This document shows, one piece after another, positions 58,183 to 64,000 of a stretch of DNA of 64,000 nt. Made by a program: the position numbers and the translations under genes. Numbering within the stretch: position 1 is the first letter of the stretch; the number at the start of each line of letters is the position of its first letter. The notes below the pieces were generated by a model, which worked only from the letters and a program-made list of their open reading frames with translations, was not told the origin of the DNA and ran no database searches. The stretch is from the NCBI RefSeq assembly GCF_009914755.1, contig NC_060937.1; one strand, written 5' to 3'. Source of the stretch: the human T2T-CHM13v2.0 reference genome, Homo sapiens.

Positions 58183-58953
58183 ATTCTGGTGGATAAGCCA
58201 ACCACATGGCCAGCTTCTGGGTCTGGGCACAGTGCCACATCTTCCATCGCTTTCTGACGTATCCCACCAACACTGAAGAGACAGCCTGGAGAGAGTGCAA
58301 GAGGAAGGCTGAGAAGGATGAGATAGTGAGTGCTGGCTTCTTTCTGACCCTCAGCACAACCCCAGGTGGTGACCCTCAACCTTTAGGGGTGGGAGAGCAA
58401 GACTGATGGCTTCAAATGCTTCCCCAAGAAGATGGACACAGGCCACTCAGCTCATCCTCACAGCCAATGAGTTGACAAGCAAGCAGATGACAGTGACAGG
58501 CTTTTAAAAAGAGCATCAGAAGGTGGCCAGTTTTTCTTCAGCTTCAGCCAGGCCTTGGAACTTGACTAGGCCATCCACTTCACCAGAGATGCCTTCAAGA
58601 ACATCAGTAAGCTCTTTGCCAATGAGTCCAGGAATGACCTGGACCCAGCCATGGACCTGTTAGTGCTGTCTCAGGGACACCAGACCAACATCCTGGACAT
58701 CATCCTCATACACAAGGAAGCTCTTACCAAAGTCACGGAGAACAGGCAACATGTGGCAGAAGGGAAGACAGAGATGCAGAGGCTGATGGCGTCATTATCA
58801 CAGGAACAGGATTTCTTTGGCCACTTTGGCTGAAATTCACCACTTCCATCCAATTCACTCAAGCGAGAGACTTGAAATCACAGATGGACCATTTCTTGCA
58901 ACAAGAGATACTATTTTTTCAAAAAGTCACCTAAAATTTGATAGTGTTGAATG
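58183..58953 (+). pseudogene. SNX18P: SNX18 processed pseudogene (end of PX domain plus BAR domain); 3' UTR-like sequence probably continues to ~59340
   Basis: WW..NHMAS...AQC.IF.RFLT.P...E.AW...[34 protein letters not shown]...K.ALTKV.E.R.HV.EGK.E, FATLAEIHHFH and YDSV*-like end ('tttgatagtgtt'). Contiguous with no intron. Frameshifted. Confidence 0.9.
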
Positions 58954-59344
58954 ACTAGCTATTCGATTGTGGACTTTTTCCAGTTCACGGGTACTTTCTA
59001 CAGCAGAATGATAACAGTATCAAAGAGCTAGTGCCAGCTATCGGTGGTAGTACAAGGATGACTTTGTGCTCAACTGAAACCCAGCTGAATATAGAATTGT
59101 GTACGAAAGTGTTAATATGGTGATAGAATAGAAACAGTAGCAAATGAACTAAATCATACTATGAATGCCTACACTACCATTATAACTTTTTGAAGAATGG
59201 TAATACCACTTACTTTATTGCCTTTTGAAGTAGGAATATTTTAGTGGATATGCTATAGACCTGAAACCCTATAAAGAATCCCAAAGAAGCTGGCTGGATA
59301 AAGCCTGCTATGGATGTCTTTATACTCAAAGACTGATGAGGCAA

Positions 59345-60460
59345 TTCGAATATGTGTCCCCACCAAATCTCATGTTGAGTTATGCTTCCTAATGTTGGAG
59401 GTGGATCCTGGTATAAGGTGATTGAATCATGAAGGCAAATTTCTCATGAGTGGTTCAGCACTATCCCCTTGGTACTCTCCTCACAATCATGAGTGAATTC
59501 TCGTGAGATCTGGCCACTGAAAACTCTATATCACTCCCTACTCTCCGTGATTTCCTCTTGCCATATGAGACAATTCACTCTTTCATTACCTTGCACAATG
59601 ATTGAAAGATTTCTGAGGCCCCCCAGAAGCAGAAGCACTAAGCTTCCTGTCCACTCTGCAGAACCATGAGCCAATTAAACCTCTTTTTCAAAATAAATCT
59701 TACCAAAAATGGCAAATGAGGACTGGAGCATTGCTATAAAGATACCTGAAAATGTGGAAGCAACTTCGGAACTGGGTAATGGGTAGAGGTTGGAAGAGTT
59801 TGGAGGGCTCCAAAGAAGACAGACAGATGAGAACATTTTTGGACCATCTTAGAGACTGGTTAAATGGCAGTGACAAGAATGCTGACAAAAACATGGACAG
59901 TGAAGGCCAGGCTGAGGGGGCCTCAGATAAAAATAAGAAGGTTTCTGGAAAATGTCTCCCTTTTGGATATGGAAAGCTTACAAAATGCCTGTACCATCAT
60001 TGTACCTTAGACACAGTGAACTTGCTTTTTATTTCAGAGACTCGTAGGCAAAAGAGAATGTAGCCTTGACCCAGATGAGACTTTGGACTTTGTAACTTTG
60101 AGTTAATGCTGAAATGAGTTAAGAATTTGGGAGACTGCTGGCAAGGCATGACTGTATTTTGCAATGTGAGAAGGACATGAGATTTGTGGGGTCAGGGACA
60201 GAATAATACGGTTTTTCTCTATGCCCCTTCCAAAGCTCATGTGAAAGTACACTCCCTAATGTTAGAGTCGGGGCCTAGGTGGAAAAAGCTTTAATCATAA
60301 AGGTGTGGGAGTGGATCCTTCACAAATGGCAAAGCACCAAGCCCTTAATGCCATCCTCCTGATAGTGAGTTCTCATGAGATCTAGTAGTTTAAAAGGCTG
60401 TGGAACCTCTTTCGTCTCTCTGTCTTGTTCCAACTTTTGCCATATGAAACATGTCATTGC
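59345..60460 (+). mobile_element. MaLR MST element: 5' LTR, deleted internal region, partial 3' LTR
   Basis: LTR 'gtgtccccaccaaatctcatgttg...gaaccatgagccaattaaacctcttt'. Internal 'gatacctgaaaatgtggaagcaact..gaactgggtaa' and 'gagttaatgctgaaatgagttaaga'. Second LTR from ~60205. Confidence 0.88.
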
Positions 60461-60469
60461 CGCTTGGAT

Positions 60470-61370
60470 TTCCGGTGTGGTTAGGAGGGGCCTGATCAGT
60501 GTGGGCCTGGTCAGTGGACCTAGGTCAGTGAGGACTATTTAGTGGGATCGTGGTCAGCAGGCGTCTGCTTAAAGAGGGTCTCATTAGTGGGGTCTAGTAG
60601 TGGGGGTTTTGGTGAGTGGCGACCTATTGGCTGCCAGTTGTTTGGTGTCTGGTCAGTGCAAACCTGGGCTGTGGGGCTTGATCAGTGGAGACCTGGTCAG
60701 CTGGGGTTAGTGCTGGCCTGGTCAGCATGGGCTGGGGCACTGGTGACCAGGTCAAGGGGTGCTATTCAGTGGAGGACTGGGCACATGGGACCTAGTCAGC
60801 AGACCCTGGTGGGCGTGTCCTCATCAGTGAGGCCCTTGTCAGTGGGGCCCTGGTCAGGGCAGCCTTGTCAGCGGGACCTAATCTGTAGTGTCCTGGTCAG
60901 AGAGGACTTGGTCAGTGGTGACTTTTGTAGCACTGATCTACAGGGTGACCTGGTCAGCGGGGATCTCAGCATTTGGTGCCAGTTCAGTGGGGTCTACTCA
61001 CTAGGGTCCCAGTCAGGGGCATCTGGTGATCTTAGGCCTGGTTATTAGGGGCCTGATCAGTGGCAACCTGTTCCCTGGAGGCCTGGTCAGTGGAGCCTCA
61101 TCTCTGGGGCCAGGGAATGAGGTCATGATCAGTGGAACCTGATCAGTGAGGCCTTGTCAATAATGACCTAGTCAGTGAGGACTTGTTAGTAAGGACTTGG
61201 TCCGTGAGGCCATGTCAGTAAGGTCCTGGTCGGTGGAGTCCTTGTCATTGTGTGCCCGGCAGTGGGGGCCTTGTGAGTGGGGCCTGGTCATGAGGGTCTA
61301 ATCAGTGAGGGTGTCATCAGGGAGGACCTGATGTGTGGGGTCTGGTCAGCAGGGACCTGGTCAATGTGGG
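60470..61370. repeat. Short-period (~15-17 bp) GC-rich satellite, HSAT5-like
   Basis: Dozens of degenerate GG(A/G)CCTGGTCAGTG(G/A)G copies. The family name is from memory. Confidence 0.7.
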
Positions 61371-61711
61371 CTGCTGAGCACTGCTTGGATAAGCCAGGTG
61401 CAATGTGCATTATTGAAGGCCCTGTGGACAGCTGGGATAGCCCAGTGATGCCCAAGGGCCTAGTCAAAAGTGGACAAAGCACGTGTTTGGATGGACCTGG
61501 GAGATCCTGCTCAGAGATTCTGACAGGACAAAGGTAAAGGAAGGGCCAGAGTGGCTGCAGAGATGGTCACAGTCTATGGGCTGCACAGGATGAAGGAGGC
61601 CAGGGAACAGGCAGGGTGGGCAGTTGGGGTTCAGGGAGAGGCAGGTGCATGCTGGGAGGTCAGACCCTGTGAGGGCTTTGGGGGCGTCAGGTTGGGTAGG
61701 CTCCAGGCACT

Positions 61712-63460
61712 CTCACTCACATAGGATTCCAGAACACTGCTACAAGGCTCTGAGTGTTTGTCCCTCACATAGGATTCCAGAACACTGCTGCCATTGTCTG
61801 AATGTTTGTCCCCCACATAGGATTCCAGAAGCCTGCTGCTGGGGTCTGAATGTTTGTCCCCCAACTAGGATTCCAGAACACTGCTGCGAGGGTCTGAATG
61901 TCTGTCCCTCACATATGATTCTAGAACATTGATGCTAGGGTCTGTATGTTTGCCCTTAACATAAGATTTCAAAACACTGCTCCTGAATTCTGAATGTTTG
62001 TCCTTCACATAGGAATACAGAACACTGCTGCTGGAGTCTGGAAGTTTGTCACTCACATAGAATTCCAGAACACTGCTGTGAGGATCTGAATGTTTGACCC
62101 TCACATGGGATTCCAGAACACTGCTGCGAGGGTCTAAATGTCTGTCCCTCACATAGGTTTCCTGAACAATGTTATGAGGTTCTGAATGTTTATCCCTAAC
62201 ATAGGATTTCAGGGCACTCCTGCTGTGCTCTGAATGCTTCTCCCTCACATAGGATTCCAGAACACTGCTACGAGGGTCTGAATGTTTGTCCCTCACATAG
62301 GATTCCAGAATACTCCTGCTATGGTCTTAATGCTTGTCCCTCACATAGGATTCCAGAACATTCATGTTGGGGTCTGAATGTTTGCCCTTATCATAGGATT
62401 TCAGAACAGTGCTCCTGGGGTCTGAATGTTTGTTCTTCATATAGGATTTAAGAACACTCCTGCTTTGGTCTGAAAGTTTGTCCCTCACATAGGATTCCAG
62501 AACTCTCCTGCTGTGGTCTGAAAGTTTGTCCTTCACGTAGGATTCCAGAACACTGCTGCTGTGGTTTGAATGTTTGTCCCTCACATAAGATTCCAGAACA
62601 CTGCTACGAGGGTCTGAATGTTTGTCCCTCACATAGGATTCCTGAGCATTGTTGCCGTGGTCTGAATGTTTGTACCTCACATAGGATTCCAGAACAGTGC
62701 TACGAGGGTCTGAATGTTTGTCCCTCACATAGGATTCCTGAGCATTGTTGTCGTGGTCTGAATGTTTGTACCTCACATAGGATTCCAGAACAGTGCTACG
62801 AGGGTCTGAATGTTTGTCCCTCACATAGGATTCCAGAACACTTCTGCTGGTGTCTGAATGTTTGTACCTCACATAGGATTCCAGAACACTGCTGCTGGGG
62901 TCTGAACGTCTGTCCCTCAGATAGGATTCTAGAACACTGCTGTTGGGGTTTGAATGTCTGTCCCTCACATAGAATTCCAGAACACTGCTGCGAGTGTCTG
63001 AATGTTTGTCCCGCAGATGGGATTCTAGAACACTGCTGTGAGGGTCTAAATGTCTGTCCCTGACATAACATTCCAGCACACTGCTACAAGGTTTTGAAAT
63101 GTTTGTCCCTCACATAGGATTACAGAGCACTCCTGCTGTGGTCTGAATGTTTGCCCCTCACATAGGATTCCAGAACATTCCTGCTGTGGTCTGATTGTTC
63201 CTCAAATAGGATTCCAGAACACTGCTACGAGGTTCTGAATTTTTGCCCCTCACATAGGATTGCAGAACACTGCTACAAGGGTTTGAAAGTTTTCCCCTCA
63301 CATAGGATTCCACAACACTCCTGCTGTGATCTGAATGTTTGTCCCTCACATAGGATTCCCGAGCACTCCTGCTGTGGTCTGAATGTTTTTCCCTCACATA
63401 GGATTCCTGAAGACTGCTGCTGTCACTATAGTCGTTGCGAGTGTCTGAATGTTTGACCTT
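61712..63460 (+). repeat. CER (D22Z3-type) 48 bp centromeric satellite
   Basis: Tandem CCCTCACATAGGATTCCAGAACACTGCTGCTGGGGTCTGAATGTTTGT. The ORF track shows a 16 aa periodicity. Confidence 0.9.
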
Positions 63461-63592
63461 CACCAAACACTAAATATCCTGCCCCTTTAGTCTTGGACTT
63501 TCCAGCCTCCAGATCTGTGAGCAATAATCTCTGTTGTTTATGAATTACTCAGTCTAAAGTATTTTGTTATAGTAGCCTAAAGAGACTAAGAG
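63458..63592 (+). mobile_element. MaLR (MST/MLT1A-type) LTR 3' portion
   Basis: 'tcttggactttccagcctccagatctgtgagcaataa...cagtctaaagtattttgttatagtagcc....gactaaga'. Confidence 0.8.
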
Positions 63593-63689
63593 AGCATCAC
63601 CTGCCCTGTCACCTCATCACCGCATTACTAAAGGTATACTAACAGCAGTCACCTTTAGTGGGTGCTTCATGCATGAGAATAAAGGGAAA

Positions 63690-64000
63690 AAATTGCAAGG
63701 CATACTAAAATCCAAAAAAAGAAAAAAATACAATTTGTGTCAACAGAGCAAGCTTCAGAAGCAGACAAAGATATGATTTTGGAATTTTTTTTAAACCTCT
63801 GGAGAATATGCTAAGGGCCTAATGAATGAAGTAGACAGCATTCAAGTGTAGATGGGTAATGTAATCAGAAAGACAGACATCGTAAGAAACTTCAACATAA
63901 TGTAGTGGTAAAAAATGTGGTAAATAACTGAAGAATACCTCTGATGGCTTATTAGTAGACTGGACTCAGCTGAGTTAAGAATCTCTGAGCTTGAGGATTT
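63690..64000 (+). mobile_element. Old L1M ORF1-region fragment
   Basis: 'gaagaatacctctgatggcttattagtagactggac...gaatctctgagcttgagga'. Confidence 0.65.

Noticed and set aside
61624-63466. Up to 250 aa repeat ORFs (Cys/His-rich HRIPEHCC; SSVLESYVRDKH)
   Set aside because: The 48 bp period is divisible by 3, so CER gives open frames on both strands. These are not zinc-finger genes.

Overview
This is primate (very likely human) pericentromeric or acrocentric short-arm segmental-duplication DNA. It is not prokaryotic, and I see no intact protein-coding gene. In order, the window holds: old L1/DNA-transposon/LTR debris; a ~72-76 bp SATR1/2-type satellite array (5.7-14.5 kb) that changes orientation and carries a scrambled four-part NUMT (ND3-tRNA-Gly-COX3, WANCY-COX1, a CYTB sliver, 12S); a truncated intron-containing ASNS pseudogene (3 exons); and a GC-rich block with a six-exon TEKT4 pseudogene (TEKT4P2/MAFIP-like, minus strand). 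Further on come a SOWAHC pseudogene, an ANKRD20A-type CpG-rich promoter with an orphan exon 1, a ~640 bp-unit repeat with internal inverted arms running into a SNX18 processed pseudogene, an MST MaLR element, a short-period GC-rich satellite and a 48 bp CER satellite array. The best leads are two satellites that seem built from recognisable parents (SNX18 coding sequence; a MaLR LTR 5' end), the rearranged NUMT, an ancestral-looking TEKT4 N-terminus with X-box-like promoter motifs, and possible chimeric minus-strand lncRNA exons. Homologies and repeat names come from remembered sequences, not database searches. Repeat boundaries are approximate.
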